Below, piece by piece: positions 14,763-30,301 of a stretch of DNA of 64,000 nucleotides. The stretch comes from Flaccisagitta enflata (Eukaryota). The translations under genes and the position numbers were made by a program. The first letter of the stretch is position 1; each line of letters starts with the position of its first letter. Under the pieces are notes generated by a model, which was not told the DNA's origin, ran no database searches, and was given only the letters and a program-made list of their open reading frames with translations. The stretch spans positions 35,154,001-35,218,000 of the forward strand of contig OZ231126.1 of assembly GCA_965153355.1 (NCBI GenBank). The letters run 5' to 3'.

Positions 14763-17700
14763 CAATGACCTATGCTAGGATTTAGGCATTGAGGCTAGGA
14801 TATAAGTCTCAAGGCTGGAATAAGAGCTAAGAGGCTGGAATTTGAGCGGTGAGACCAGGATTTGAGCCACGAGGCTAGGGTTTGAGCGATATGGTTGGGA
14901 TTGAAGCCTCCAGACTGGGATGGGAGCCTTGAGGCTGGGGTTAGAGCTTTAGGACTGGGATTGGAGACTTGAGGCTCAAATAGGAACTTGAGGTAGGGAT
15001 TGGAGACTTGAGCCTAGAATCTGGGCTTAGATGCCAGGAGGGGGGGATGGTGAAGAAGAAGAAGGAGAAGGAGTAGAAAGAAGAGAAATTTCCCCGTATG
15101 TGTGAAAGCATAGGTAATCGGCCCCTTTGGAGCCGCTACCCAAAAAGAAGAAGAAGAAGATGGAGAAGAAGAAGAGGAAGGAGAAAATGAAGAAGAAGAA
15201 GAAGAAGAAGAAGAAAAAGAAAAAGAAAAAGAAAAAGAAAAAGAAAAAGAAAAAGAAAAAGAAAAAGAAAAAGAAGGAAGAAGAAGAAGAAGAAGAAGAA
15301 GAAGAAGAAGAAGAAGAAGAAGAAGAAGAAGAAGAAGAAGAAGAAGAAGAAGAGAAGAAGAAGATGAAGAAGTAGAAGAAGAAGAGGAAGGAGAAAAAGA
15401 AGAAGAAGAAGAAGAAGAAAAAGAAAAAGAAAAAGAAAAAGAAAAAGAAAAAGAAGAAGGAGAAGGAGAAGGAGAAGGAGAAGGAGAAGAAGAAGGAGAA
15501 GGAGAAGAAGAAGGAGAAGGAGAAGGAGAAGGAAAAGAAGAAGGAGAAGGAGAAGGAGAAGGAGGAGGAGAAGAAGGAGAAGAAGAAGAAGAAGGGAATA
15601 AAGAAATAGAAGAAGAAAAAGAAAAGAACATGCGGAAAGCGATGTGATGATCCAGTGCGTAGTGGCTAAGAAATAGAGACTGAGATTGCCGTTAAAACGG
15701 AAGAATGTTCGTTACTAACGGTCATATCCAAGCATCACAATAATGATAACAATGCTACGGTTGATTATTAATTCTCATCGAAAAAAATACTTGAATCGAT
15801 GTGCAAGTATCACTGGTACGCACTACGAGAGTGCCTCATGAAGCTTGATATAAGGAGCTAAAGAGCGAAAAAACACGTCGGAATTAAAAGAAAATGGGCC
15901 AGAAATTATGGAGCTCGGAGATCGCTAAAAAGTGAACTCGTATCTGTCTCATGTGTCAACAAGAGAAAGAAAGTTGGATGGTGAGAGTTAGAAACATGGC
16001 AACGACGATGAAGGTCACGGCAAAAAGCGCGATGATCATCAATCTGAATGCCATCTTGTCAATTATGACTAATGGTAGAGTTAATGATTGACTGATGATG
16101 AAAATGATAAATTGCATTTCAGATGATCAAGATCGTGGTTACATCACCAGTCTTTATCAAAGCAAGATCGTACGCCTTCTCGCATCCATTCGTTCATTCA
16201 TTCATTCATTCATTCGTTCATTCATTCATTCATTCATTCATTTATTCATTCATTCATTCATTCATTCATTCATTCATTCATTCATTCATTCATTTTTTCA
16301 TTTATTCATTCATTCATACATTCGTGCATTCATTCATTCATTCATTCATTCATTCATTCATTTTTTCATTTATTCATTCATTCATTCATTCGTTCATTCA
16401 TTCATTCATTCATTCATTCATTCATTCATTCATTCATTCATTCATTCATTCATTCATTCATTCATTCATTCATTCATTCATACATTCATTCATATCATAA
16501 TCTGCGAGGCGTGCACACTGCCAAACACTCTGGCCCTGTTTGTGAGGGGAACTGATACGAGTCACGACTTAATAAGATCGTCGCTTTTATAAGTAAAACG
16601 GAGGAGATCTACAAAGACACTTACCACGAATCCTGAAGTACGAAAGCAATCAAATGAAATGGGAAAATCAAATTTCTCATAAGTCGGTTTTGCTTCAAGT
16701 TTGTCTGTCTCTCGATGAAATTTCCTTCATCTTCCTTTCTTACTACCCTCCTTCCTTCTTTCCTTCCCTCCTTCCTTCCTCCCTTCCTTCCTTCCTTCCT
16801 TCCTTCCTTCCTTCCTTCCTTCCTTCCTTCCTTCCTTCCTTCCTTCTTCCTTCTACTTCCTCCTTCCTTCCTTCCTTCCTTTCTTCCTTCCTTCCTGCCT
16901 TCCTTCCTACCTTCCTTCTTTCCTTCCTTCCTTTCTTCCTATCTTCCTTCCTTCCTTCCCTCCTTCCTTTTATCAAATGTATGGACAACAAATCGATCGA
17001 GCGCCAAATACATTCTACAGCTCATCTCGCTTTGCAACGTGAACGCAGCCGAAGAAAAACATCGAAGAGTCTTTCTTGCAAACGGAACTTGTTAACAAGA
17101 GAGGCAGAAACGAGCAATGAAGAAGAAAAGAATGGCCACCTTACAGCTTACCCCCCCCCCCTCTCCCCCACCCCACCCCCATTTCCGCCTTGACAGTTAC
17201 GAAAGATGAGAAAAGAAGAAAAAAAAGAGGAAAAAGGCAAGTATCTCTGAGGTTTGACGGATCGTATCTCTCTATAGTGTGTTTGCGAACCGCTGTTTAT
17301 ACGCAAACACACTCAAAATGATAACAGTTTACGAAGAAAAAAACCCCTGCACATTGACAAACGCAACCATTACAGTCACAATGCATCTACTGAACCTATG
17401 CATCTAATAACTTGAATCTGACCATCGCACACTTCAAAATGGTTATTCGTACATTTGCTACTAAAATTCTCATATGAGCACAAAGGACTGAGCATTTACT
17501 TGATCCAGTATCTTGTTGACGCATAGAAACTGGTGGCATTGAGAAAAAGAACAGAAAAAAAAAGGAAAAACAGAAAAAAAAAAGCAAAAAAAGAAAAAAC
17601 AAGAGAAATGACTGAAAAGGCAACAAATGCGACGAAAGAAAATGACGACGCGCGAGAATTTTGGCAACTGCAAATGTTTCTTTTCTTCTTTTTTCTTTCT

Positions 17701-18083
17701 CTTCCGCCCTCATTCTTCCTTTTCCTTTCTTCTTCTTTTCTTTCTTTCTTTCTTCCTTTCCTCTCTTCTTCACACTCATTCCTTTATTCTTCTTCTTCTT
17801 CTTCTTCCTTCTTTTTTCTTTCATCCTTTCTACTTATTTCATTCATTCTGTCTTTCTTTCCACTTTTCTTTCTTTTCCGCCTTACTTTTCGGTATGTCCG
17901 TCCGTTGGTCAGTTGGTCCGTGACCATCGTGTTAAAAAATTAAGAAAACGCGCATTTTTTTGCCGCAGTTGTGTCTGTGGCGGGGAAGGAGATGTGCGCT
18001 CCTGTCCACCCTTCCACGACATTATTGTAACCCCGCATTACTTGTTAATTCCTCATGTCTTTTTTGCCTCCACTTGTTGCAAG

Positions 18084-18205
<122 letters not shown>

Positions 18206-18904
18206 CAAATTCGCACTCTAAAGAAAACTATAAACGCCAAAAGCGTTAGCGAGACTCTGGAGATTCTCCTATAAAAATCAAGGAAAACTGGGAACAAACC
18301 GGGGAGGGGGGGGGGGTTAAGAAGAGGAGGGGTTGATGGGGGCATGAAGGGGGTAAGGGTAAGTGTAGAGGGAAGAATAAGCGGGGTTGAAAAGGGGGCT
18401 GGTGAGTGGTGACGATGGATATTCTGCATGGTTTTGCGACTGAAAAAGCATGTTCTGGTAAATGTGAAATTACCGTTGATTGGTGAATGACAATTCGAAG
18501 ACCTACAGGAAAGTTAAAATAATCTTTTCCTATAAATTTTCATTGCAAATTATATCCAGTCATGAAAAGTTGGCAACATTCTTTATGTTGAAAAAAAAAA
18601 AAAAAAAAACATTGATGCGAACGTGACACATTAGGGCCAGTTACAGACAGTCTCAGACACACTGAACCCTTTTCATTTTCTTCTTCTTCTGGTTCTTGTT
18701 CTTGATCTTGTTCTTGTTCTTGTTCTTCTTGTTCTAGCTCTTGTTCTTTTTCTTCTTCTTCTTCTTCTTCTCCTTCTTCTTCTTCTCCCTCTTTTTTAGT
18801 AGGCTCTTCCATGGACACGCGTCCCAACATGAAGGTTGATGGATAGGAGAGGACGATATTAATGGGAAGGGAGAATCGGCGAGGATTCGTCTGCACCCAA
18901 ACTG

Positions 18905-19016
<112 letters not shown>

Positions 19017-19266
19017 GAGAGACTGACAGATAAAAGGAGTCACAGAGACACAGACAAACACAAAATAAGGGAAAGAAGAGAGATGTGATCTATATCACGT
19101 GACCACGTCAAGGAAAAAAAGAGTGAGCAGAAGAAAGAGAAGTAAGGCTGAAGGGAAGGGGACAAAAACGACAGGAATTGAGAAGGTTATGCCAGAGAGG
19201 AAGAAAGCGACGAAAAAAGAAAGAAAGAAAGAAAGAAAGAAAAAGAGAAAGTAAGAAAGAGGAAAG

Positions 19267-19351
<85 letters not shown>

Positions 19352-19442
19352 TAAGAAAGAGAATAATAAGAGAATTTTGCCAAATTTTCGGAGGTCCATG
19401 CCCCCTTTATCATAGGCGTTAAAACCCGCAACATAAAAAAGT

Positions 19443-19525
<83 letters not shown>

Positions 19526-19933
19526 TCAGAATAAAGAAAGAAAGTCAGAATAAAGAAAGAATACAGAAAAAAAGGGAGCCCAAAAAAGAGAACCGAAATG
19601 GAGCGGCCAAGAAGAAGGAAGAGAAAAAAAAAAAAAAATAAGCTAAGAAAGGGAAAGCATGAAATCGAATCTGATGAGCAAACATATAAAAATCCGAACA
19701 TAAATCAAAAATGGTGATGAAGAAAGCAGAGAAGGGAAATAATAGAAAGTAAAGAAAGCCGGAGGAAATCTCTCTATTTGGACGCGCACGGACCTTCAAA
19801 GCAAGTTGGCAAGTCCGTCTTTGAGTATGCGCACCGTCGTCAGGTTTCCCTTTTTTTGTTTGTTTGTTTGTTTGTTTGTTTGTTTGTTTGTTTGTTTTTT
19901 GTTTGTTTGTTTGTTTGTTTGTTTGTTTGTTTG

Positions 19934-19985
<52 letters not shown>

Positions 19986-21423
19986 TGTGTGTGTTGTTTG
20001 TTTTTTGTTTGTTTGTTTGTTTGTTTGTTTGTTTGTTTGTTTGTTTGTTTGTTTGTTAGTTTGTTTGTTCACGGCCTTACAAAAGAGTCTAGAACTTGTA
20101 TTGCCGAGTCCATCATTGCAGAAAACCTCTAATCCCTTAAAAGGGGCAATACTACCTCTAAACTAGATGACTCTGATTTTTGACAGATTTATGAGTAAAT
20201 GAAAGGTAAGTAAAATTTAGAGCCCCGTAACCATTTTGATTTTAGCATGCATAAAGATGTTCGTTTGCAAATTTTCGGTCTTTGCTCCTCCGTGCCTGGC
20301 ATTTTTCGCTTTTGGGCAGGGGTCTCGAAGGGGTCAATAACCTATGCTTTCACATATGGGGGAATTTCTCCTCCTCCTCTTTTTCCTCCTGCGTCCTTCC
20401 CTCGAGGTAGCAAACAACGCACGAATGGTTTCACCGCGTCCTTGCTCTTTTTCTTTTTTCCATGGCCTCACAACAGTACCCACTGCTCGGGACTGGAATA
20501 TATACAAAAATGAGAACGAGAGAACAGTTTATATGTTCGTTGTTAAAACCATTCTCTTGCAAAATGAGAGCGAAAGAGAGATAGAGTTGGAAAAAAAAGA
20601 ACTTGGCAGAATTAAATGAGAAAGGCAAAGGAGTGAAAGAGTGAAGTTTGAAGAGTGAAGTGCAAATGGTAAAGAAGGGGAATGGGGATGACATGATTGG
20701 GTATCAGGTCTTTACAAGAAACCTTCACTTCATTTTCAGTGAATACCCATGCCATAGAGACAGACACATCGACTTGGTATAAGTGGGCAGAGCTTGATGT
20801 GCCGGCCATGCCGTTATTTTAGTGTAAGATTTTTCATTTCTATACCAAAGAAAGCTGAGTAAATCAGAATAAGCAACTTTTCTTGGGCAAATTATCACGA
20901 ATACTACCCTTTGTAGCCTTAGAATAAACCATTTCATGACCTACTAAGATTGGATATCTCTTTTATAGTTTTATTAAGACCCACGTTACAGAATTACTTT
21001 TTTTTTGTAAAGACTCGCTACACGATACAGAAATGGTGAAGTAGTTGGAAAAAAGTCGAATTACGTAATTCGACTTTTTGAAACGTAGGGGAGAAATCGG
21101 GTTTTCCATTTTTGATTTGGGGGAATTTGCGGAAGTTGAGCCATTTCCTGACTGGGATGATACATTTTTTGATATTCACAGCAAAGAAAGAGCTAATTTT
21201 TCTCTTTCAAATGGCGCCAACCAGAAGTCTCTACGATCATTAGTTTTGGCGCTATGAATTTTTGAATCTTTTTTTATTTTTTCGCATTTTCGCGAAGATA
21301 GATATTTTTCATAGATCCCAAACTTTTCAACTAATGTAACAAATATATAGTCAGTCAGAGATGTTAAATTGATCCAACTTTTATGATGCCAGTTTGCATT
21401 TCACTTGCTATATATATACATAC

Positions 21424-21467
<44 letters not shown>

Positions 21468-21504
21468 ATATATATAGAGAGAGAGAATGAGATATATATA
21501 TATA

Positions 21505-21554
<50 letters not shown>

Positions 21555-21607
21555 CATATATAGTGAAAGATATATATATTAGAGAGAGAGACAGAAACAA
21601 AGAGAGA

Positions 21608-21692
<85 letters not shown>

Positions 21693-21945
21693 ACATCACA
21701 CACACATCACATATCACATATCACACACCACACACACATCACACATCACACATCTCACACACATCAAACATCACACACACACATCGCATCACACAATATT
21801 CAATCACAATTTACTCTGCACTGAAAAAGAGATCTACTCACACTTTTCCGCCTCGGCTTAATAGCCTACTTATTATAGTGAACTGTGAGGTAATATTTAA
21901 GGAAATCATTGCTCCATTCCAACGTGTGAATACGATACAGACATG

Positions 21946-21983
<38 letters not shown>

Positions 21984-22408
21984 TATATAGAGAGAGAGAG
22001 AGAGACAGAGAGACAGACAGACAGACAGACAGACATAGACAGAGACAGACAGAGAGAAAGAAAGAGAAAAAGAGAGAGACTTACTATCTGCGTTCTCATT
22101 GAGAATCGGGGCCCTGGAACGTTGGTTACGAGGAGAGGTAACAAAAAAGAAAGGATGGGGAATTTCCAGGACGTAGGAAAATTGACGAGGACATTTTTGA
22201 AGTTTTGAGGGTGAAGACGTTTTTGAGGGGATGAGAGGAGATGAAGGGGGAGAAGGAGGAGGAGGAGGAGGAGGAGGAGGAGGAGGAGGAGGAAATGTTT
22301 ACGAGGCTTTCAACACGACGCACTCGCGCGAAATGCAGTAAAAGATAAGCGCATCGGAGGCGATCAACATGACAACATGAGAATGACATGAAAGCAAAAA
22401 ACACACAG

Positions 22409-22439
<31 letters not shown>

Positions 22440-22632
22440 AAAACAAGGCCAAGTAGGCCAATAAGGTGCGACGTGTGGATCGTCGAACGAATGTGTTACC
22501 AACAGACACAAAGACCAACCAACCGACGGACACATCCAGTTATAGAGGTGCTTTGTCGCACCTAAAATGATGTAGATGTATAGAAGATGCACTGATGAAG
22601 GCGACGAACATGACTAGATGAGAATAACATGG

Positions 22633-22829
22633 AACAAGGCCGGATACACGGCTACCCCAGTCGCGTGTGGGTGGGCAAGGGCCGTAGTTGAGGTCACCAG
22701 ATCATTTGGGTAGGAGCGGTGAGGCCAAAAACCCCAGAAGCCCAAAAAAGTAAAGTGTGACCGACGGACCGACGGACCGACGGACGGACCGATAAAGCGG
22801 GGTTTAGAGTTGCGTAGCACGAGACTAAA
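22633..22829. mobile_element. Helentron-associated (DINE-1/HINE-like) repeat family A, representative copy
   Basis: Subterminal AGTCGCGTG/CACGCGACT inverted repeats, (GTCC/GTCG)n microsatellite, terminal GCCG..CGGC hairpin and T-rich target. Copies at ~8264-8455, 9830-9938, 24551-24729, 47812-48008, 54495-54645 and 59965-60205. Confidence 0.7.
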
Positions 22830-23195
22830 GACAAGATGTAGATGTATACTAGAAGTGAAGATGAACGGATGAAGACGATGAACAGTACAAGATGAGAATA
22901 ACATGGGAAAAGAAAGATTTGTAGATGTATACAAGCTCAACTGCATGTAGACGTGTCGAAGTGAAGATGAAAGCGTAAGAGAAATCAAGAAGAAAAGATG
23001 GAGACTTTGTGATTGTCGGAAGTTGATGAAATGAGATGAAGATGTGCCAGAGTGGGAAATTGGGAATGTTACAGTAATGGACAAATGAGGCCGCACAACT
23101 GGTTGGGTATGAAATGGTTACGAAAAAATATGATTTAATGAAGTTCTGGATCAAACGAGAACTACACACTCGCCTCTCAAATTGAGTCCAGGTCA

Positions 23196-23751
23196 AAAGT
23201 CACAGTACAGTGGGTTTTTTTGCAGTTTCTCATAGTTTGAGGGTTGTTTGAACTATAACTATCATTCATGAAATCTTGTCAAAGGCGCTTTTTGAGAAAT
23301 TTGAAAAAAAGAAAATTTCTAATCTCATTTTGAATATAGATCTTTTGAAGTTATCCAAACCTCTTTTTTGTTAGTAAATTTGTAATCCTGATTTCCTTTC
23401 CTTTGATATGTCACACTGTATACTTTCTTGAAGGATTATAATTTTCAATTTTTTAGCCACCGGTGCAAAATAATAACGGTGGCTTAAACATTGAAATTTC
23501 TATTTCTTCTTAAAAACATCTAGTGCGACCTATCAAACGAAAGGAAATAACATCAAGATTACAAATTTGCTATCAAAAAAGAGGTCTGGATGAGTTGAAA
23601 AATTCTTAATTCAAAATGAGGTTAAAATTACTCTTTTTTTTTTTAATTTTTCAAAAAGCGCCCTTGAAAAGATTTCATAACTGTTAGTTTTAGTTAAAGT
23701 AACCTTCAAACTGTCACAAACTACAAAAAAACCTACTTTAGTATGACTTTT
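23196..23751. mobile_element. Old palindromic MITE-like element
   Basis: Degenerate inverted arms (AAAGTCACAGTACAGTGGG / CCTACTTTAGTATGACTTT; AAGGCGCTTTTTG / CAAAAAGCGCCCTT) around a central AGCCACCG...CGGTGGCT. Confidence 0.7.
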
Positions 23752-25218
23752 CACCTGCATTCACGCTGAGAGGACAGTGTACAGCAAAGCATAAGAAAAG
23801 TGTCTGGAGGAGAAAATGAAAAGATGAAGGTGATGTGAAAACAAGGATACAATGCAGCGATAGAGCAGCGGTAATGGAGTTACAGCGACGGAACAGCAGT
23901 AATGGAGTTACAGCGAAGGAACAGCAGTAATGGAGTAATGCGAAGGAGCTAGAGTAATGGAACAACGGTAACACCCAATGGATAAAGTGCAGGATGAAAG
24001 AACACAAAGGAAAGACAAAAGTAATAATAAAACGAAAGAAAGAAAAAAGAGAAATCGTATAAAAGAAGAAGAAGTGGAGCAAAGAAGATAAGAGGAGAAA
24101 TGTTTATGAGGCAATCAATGAGACGAGAGGCGAGAGAAGAAGAGGAAACGGAAACGAGTCTCATTCAATGCCGGATACCAACCAAGTTGTGGCGCTAGGA
24201 CGCCGGAAACCACCCACGCTCAAGGCGCTGGGACGCAGAAAAGCCACAACGGGGGAACCTCAGGAGTGCCGAGAGTGATGGATTAACGGGACGCCGTGTA
24301 ACCGGGACGCTGGGGGCGGGACTTGCCGTTCGCCGCGCCAGGAACAGTGGATGGGACGACGCGACGCTGGGACTCCTCATAACCGGAACTCGGAGAGGCC
24401 AGGTGGCCGAGGCTGGAACGCCAGGAGGCCAGGTGGCCGGGGCTGAAGTAGTTTGAAAAGATAAAAAAGACGACTCGGGGCAGTCCCCAGAGAGACGCCG
24501 GTAAACAATTGGATTATTCTTCGGCGTCTTCATGATCGCCAAAGAAATATTTTTAAGTCACATGCAGGCGACTCTACACCCCGCTTTGTCGGTCCGTCCG
24601 TCGGTCCGTCACACTTTACTTTTTTGGGGTTTTCATGGTCTTTGGCTTCACTGCTTCACTGCAAGTGACCTCAAATACGGCCCCTGCCCACCCGCAAGCG
24701 ACTTGGGTAGCCGTGTATCCGGCCTTGTTAAGGCTTACATTTCCTCAAGATAGTCGAATATTTAAAAATCTGTTTTCATGACTAATGTGCGTTAAAAGGG
24801 TCTCTCTTTCAATTTTCAACTATAGAGCATTTACCTGACCCAAATTACAAAGCGAAAACAAAATCAGGAATGCTTTGGTCAAGCAAAGAGGAAAGAATGA
24901 AAATTATCAATGTATCGGAGGAGGATTTGAACAACAAGACTTAAGGAGGGTGTCTGCCCCTCCTTAATCACAAACTCTTTTTCCCAGGTCAATGTTTCAA
25001 GAAATTAATTTCTATTCTCACCCTGCGCATTATCACAGTGCTCATGTCAGGCGATCTACCCACTAGCCATAGACGCTGACTGCTTCTATGAAATTGTGCT
25101 TTAAAACTGAGAGTTAGGGAGACTAAAAAAGAGTTGATGAAAAAAATCGTTCATAAGTTGTACCTTTACCCTGTATTTCTTACGATTTTTACTTTAATGA
25201 ATAGCAAAATAATGTCAA

Positions 25219-25503
25219 TTTTCTAGACGCTCGCTAGCCTGACTGGGGCAACGTAGGAAGCTGAAATTTTTACTGAAGAGAGAGAAGACATGTGGCTAGG
25301 GTAGACCTGAAACAAATTCCCAAAAAAGCTACTAGCCTCTTTATGGTTACATTTAACAGATTTCTTCTCAGATTTTTAGTATGTAAAATATCAAAATTTA
25401 AATTTTTTTTCCAGGTCTACCCTAGCCACATGTCTTCTCTCTCTTCAGTAAAAATTTCAGCGCCCCACATTGCCTCAGTCAGTCTAGCGAGTGTCTGAAA
25501 AAT
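25219..25503. repeat. Inverted repeat / hairpin, MITE internal remnant
   Basis: GCTGAAATTTTTACTGAAGAGAGAGAAGACATGTGGCTAGGGTAGACCTG and its exact reverse complement ~100 bp downstream. Confidence 0.75.
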
Positions 25504-27084
25504 TGCCTATATTTGTTATTTTTCAATTTTCTGAAATTTTTTGTAGGGGTTTCTTACACAGGTATTCGACATTGTATAAAAGAAAAACAATTTTCAGGGT
25601 CACTTCATTTTGAAGCAACGATAGCCTTAAGTCACATGCAGGCGACTCATTTACCCCCGCTTAATGACATACTTGGTCCGTTGTGAATTGGTCGCTTCAT
25701 CTGTCATACAAAGAACTGTTTGGGCATAAACAGGCTTTTAATGCCATACAGTTGCCTTCTTGCTCGCTGTCCCTGCTCATCCGTATGTGACCGTCGTAGT
25801 TGCGTATTTAAACGGAGGCACAAAGTCACGTAACTTTTTGTAGATAATCATTTAAAAGCTAGAGATATATTCTTATTGTTACAAAAGAAAGCTTGAACTT
25901 GTGCTGAGTTTCTTTTACGACTTCTTGCCAACCAAGAGGCCGGTTTTGCGGTTTAATCCTCTTTGCCTCTTTGAGTTTGGAGCGTAAAACATATTAAAAA
26001 ATGGTTTGCTTTGACATTGGTCATGTTTACCAATGATTCTCCTGATGTGCTTATGATACGATAAATCTTTGTGAGAACAAAGACATGTATCTATTAGAAT
26101 TTTAGTTTTGAGAGGTCTTGATGTTTTGGTTTTTGGGTTTTGGGTTTTCGAAATTTACATCAGTTATGCTTATTCATGTCTTCCTGTCAGACCCTCTCTC
26201 TGTGACCTTGTCTCACACTTTCCGCTTTGCTTTCCATTTTGACGATGCAGTCTTGATGAAACTCTTGAAAGTCCTAAATTCATCACCGATATCGATGCCA
26301 ATGTGTGAATGCGAACATTCAATCATGGGATCGTCGATAAGTCGTTGTCGTCATTTCAGTCGTGATCTTCGCCTGAGACCAAAAAAACAGAAATAGACTG
26401 ATAATGATTGAAGCGGAGACAAGTATTCAATGGACAACAGATTTTGTCGATACTGATTTATGAAAAAGATCGTTCGCGTGAATTAGCTGTAATGGCTGGA
26501 GACTCTTTGATGGAAATACAACCAATTGCGTCTTTTCTGACAGACAGAATGTTGCAGAATATTTTTTTTTTATCTTTTTTTTCTATTCAAGTAAAGAATA
26601 AGTTTTTAATATGCAAGACGTGAAAGAATTGAATCCCCTTAGTCAAATTGAACTGCAATAAAACAAGAGTATGGGCTACTTTATTTGTAGTTTCTGTCTC
26701 AAGCTCAAAGGGATGTCAATGTGCCATTCTTAGCAATCTTCTTATGAATTTCTTTTATTCGTACGTGCGTAAATCACTCTGTCTAACTCCATCCATTGAT
26801 TCACTTCCTCTTTCCTTCACAAAAATACTACATATAAAGAGACAGATTGACTGACGGCACATTTTATCATGAAGACACTCTAGGGTAAACCTAATAAGGA
26901 TATCAAAGTTGCACTTCTTTTAGCTCTCTCTCTCTCTCTCTCTCCTTTTTTTTCTCATTGGCGGGGAAAACGGTCCGTCATTGAGTCTAATGGATTCGCA
27001 TTTATTTCTAATCTTATCAACTGCGTGTTATCGATCCTCAACCGCGCGCGTTCCAGCATTTCTCTCTGTTGCAGATGTGCAACA

Positions 27085-28480
27085 CTTACCCACTTTACCC
27101 TTTCATTTCCCCCACTTTACCCTTTCATTTTCCCCACTAAACCGTTTTATTTTCCCCACTCAACCATTTAATTTTCTTCACTGGACCCTTGCATTTTCCC
27201 CACGTTTCTCTTTCATTTTCCCCACTTTACCGTTTCATTTTCCCACTTTACCATTCCATTTTCCTTGCTTTACCCTTTCATTTTCCCACTTCACTGTTTC
27301 ATTTCCCCAACTTTACCCTTTCATTCTCCCCATTTAACCATTTTATTTTCTCCAATTTACCCTTTCATTTTCCCCACTTTACTCTTTCATTTTCCTCACT
27401 TTGCCGTTTCAATTTTCCCCACTTTACTCTTTCATTTCCCCCGCATTACTGTTTTATTTTCCCCACTTTACTCTTTCATTTTCCCACTTTACTGTTTCAT
27501 TTCCCCCACTTTACCCTTTCATTCTCCTCACTTAACCATTTTATTTTCTCCACTGTATCCTTTCATTTTTCTCTTTACCCTTTCATTTTCCCCACTTTAC
27601 CGTTTCATTTACCCACTTTACTGTTCCATTTGCCTCGCTTTACCCTTTCATTTTCTCACTTTACAGTTTCATTTCCCCCACTTTACCCTTTCATTCTCCC
27701 CACTTAACCGTTTTATTTTCCCCACTTTACTCTTTCATTTTCCCCACTTTACCGTTTCATTTTCCTCACTTTACTCTTTCATTTCCCCCCATTACTGTTT
27801 CATTTTCCCCTTTTTACTCTTTCATTTTCCCACTTTACTGTTTCATTTCCCCCACTTTACCCTTTCATTCTCCCCACTTAACTGTTTTATTTTCTCCACT
27901 TTACTCTTTCATTTCCCCTGCATTACTGTTTCATTTTCCCCACTTTACCCTTTCATTTTCCCCACTTTACCCTTTCATTTCCCACACTTTACCCTTTCAT
28001 TTTCCCCACTTTACCGTTTCATTTCCCACACTTTACTCTTTCATTTTCCCACTTTACTGTTTCATTTCCCCCACTTTACCCTTTCATTCCCCTTCTTTAC
28101 CGTTTCATTTTCCCCACTTTACTCTTTCATTTCCCCCGCATTACTGTTTCATTTTCCCCACTTTACCCTTTCATTTTCCCCACTTTACCCTTTCATTTTC
28201 CCCACTGTAACGTATCATTTTACCCACATTTCTCTTTCTTTTTCCCCACTTCACCATTCCATTTTCTTCACTTTACCGTTCCATTTTCCCCACTTTACTC
28301 TTTCCTTTCCACCATTTTACCGTTCCATTTTCCCCACTTTACTCTTTCTTTTTCCCCACTTTACCGTTTCATTTTCTTCACTTAACCGTTCCATTTTCCC
28401 CACTTTACTGTTACATTTTCCCCACTTTACCGTTCCATTTTCCCCACTTTACCCTTTTATTCTCTTTCATTTTCCTTACC
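27085..28480. repeat. ~22-bp pyrimidine-rich minisatellite
   Basis: (CCCCACTTTACCCTTTCATTTT)n variants across 1.4 kb. Confidence 0.9.
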
Positions 28481-29269
28481 TCCGCTCCTAGCTTTTTCCT
28501 TAAGCTTTTATTTTCTTTCTTTAAAATGGTTTTTCTTTTCAGTAGTACAACAACCCGTAAGTCAAGCTTTTGATTAAGTTAACAACTCCATTTAATGATC
28601 TTCTCGATGCTCAGTTTCACTTTCCTTATTATCACGAGCACTGGACTGGAAGTTAATTTTCTTTCTTCTTGTTGGCTAGTTTATTGGAGACGATTTTTAC
28701 CGGTTTGTTCATCACATTGTAAATAACTTAGGATCATTTGAGTTAGGCTTTGCTGTATTTAAACTAAGTGATGAAAAACATTTAACTGAAAAGGAAAATT
28801 TAAATTTAGAAAAAAGAAAAGAAAATTGAAGTGTTCTTGTTGTAAGTTATGCTAATTGATCTTTATCATCTCTTTCAAAACGATTTAAAGTGATTTCTGC
28901 AGTTCAACCAGATAAGCCTTTGTCATTTGATTTAGGTTCGTTTTGATTATAATTTTAGCATTCTATTATAATGTTCTCAAATTATTGCAGATGTTGAGAG
29001 AACAAAAACAGTCATCGACCCCTTCAACTTCAAGCACAACCTACTTAGGCAGGGCACGGGTACCGCTGACCATCTTACCCTTTTGCGACTATTGCTTATC
29101 CATTTACCCCAACTGCAAACCATAGGGGTGGGTCTTGTGGCGGCTGAGTGGTTACGGCTTTTGCAAAAAGGTCGATTACACGACGGTGTCAACTTTCCTG
29201 CCATATTTTCCCCCAAATTAAGCCCAATTTCCGCTTTCCAATATTTATTCCCGATATTCAAGAAGCACC

Positions 29270-29550
29270 CAATAACAACGCAGACACAGTATTTCGGAGT
29301 AGATAACAACGCAGAAACAGTATTTTAAAATCGATAACAATACAGACACAGTATTTTAGAGTAAATAACAACACAGACAGTATTCCAGAGTTTATAACAA
29401 CACAGACACAGTATTTTTGAGTTGATAACAACGCAGACACAGCATTCCAGAGCTCATAAAAACGCAGACAGCATCTCAGAGTTGATAACAACGCAGACAG
29501 GATAATTCAGAGTTGATAACAGCGCACACTGGATTCCAGACACTGTATTC
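29270..29550. repeat. ~31-bp minisatellite
   Basis: GATAACAACGCAGACACAGTATT variants in tandem. Confidence 0.8.
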
Positions 29551-30256
29551 CAAAGTTACCAAAAAAGGCGGCTCTCGCCTTAGGAAAAAAGTCGTAAGTG
29601 CGAGGTTTTGAAAATTCTTGTGATTGTTTTTTGTCTGGTTGTCTGGTTGTCGGATGGACAGACAGACCAACAGACCAATAGATTGACTGACGGACAAAGC
29701 CTCTTGTAGCGTCCAGAGTTGAAATGAGAAAGAGACTGTGCTGCTAGGATGCACAATCATCACTTGGGACATTTCAAAGTTCAAATAGACTTCAACTAAC
29801 TAGATTCCTTGTTTTTGGGAAAAATGCAAAAAATGCGAAAAATATAAAAAGATTTAAAAAATCATAGCTCCAAAATTATCAATCGCACAGAATTCTGCTT
29901 GGCGTCATCTGAAAGAGGAGAATTAGCTCTTTCTTAGCTATTAATTTCATGCGTAGTCCCGCTCTGCCCCCAAAATGTATCAACTTTCCCAAACAACTCA
30001 TAAAACAAAGGGAAATCTGTTTTTCTCTGCAAGACTCAAAAAGACCGAAAGGACTTCGTCTCTTCGACTTTTTTTCCAAAATATTGACTTGAGGTGCGAT
30101 CATGGAAATCTAGACAATCGCTTGTATGCCTGTTCATGTTTGTTTGTTTTTTCAATCTTTTGATCTTTTGATTTCAGTGTGCAAAAAAGAAAAAAAAAAG
30201 AAAATTGTAACTTACTGGACATGAGATCAAATTCAAAGCCACAGTAGCGACTGACG

Positions 30257-30301
<45 letters not shown>

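Noticed and set aside
20612-20937. Complex-sequence short ORFs, possible TE or gene relic
   Set aside because: Multiple stops and no identifiable domain.
24195-24542. GC-rich 115-aa minus-strand ORF
   Set aside because: No recognisable motif or partner exons; cannot be supported as a gene.
27265-28491. 408-aa ORF
   Set aside because: Stop-free by-product of a pyrimidine-rich 22-bp minisatellite.
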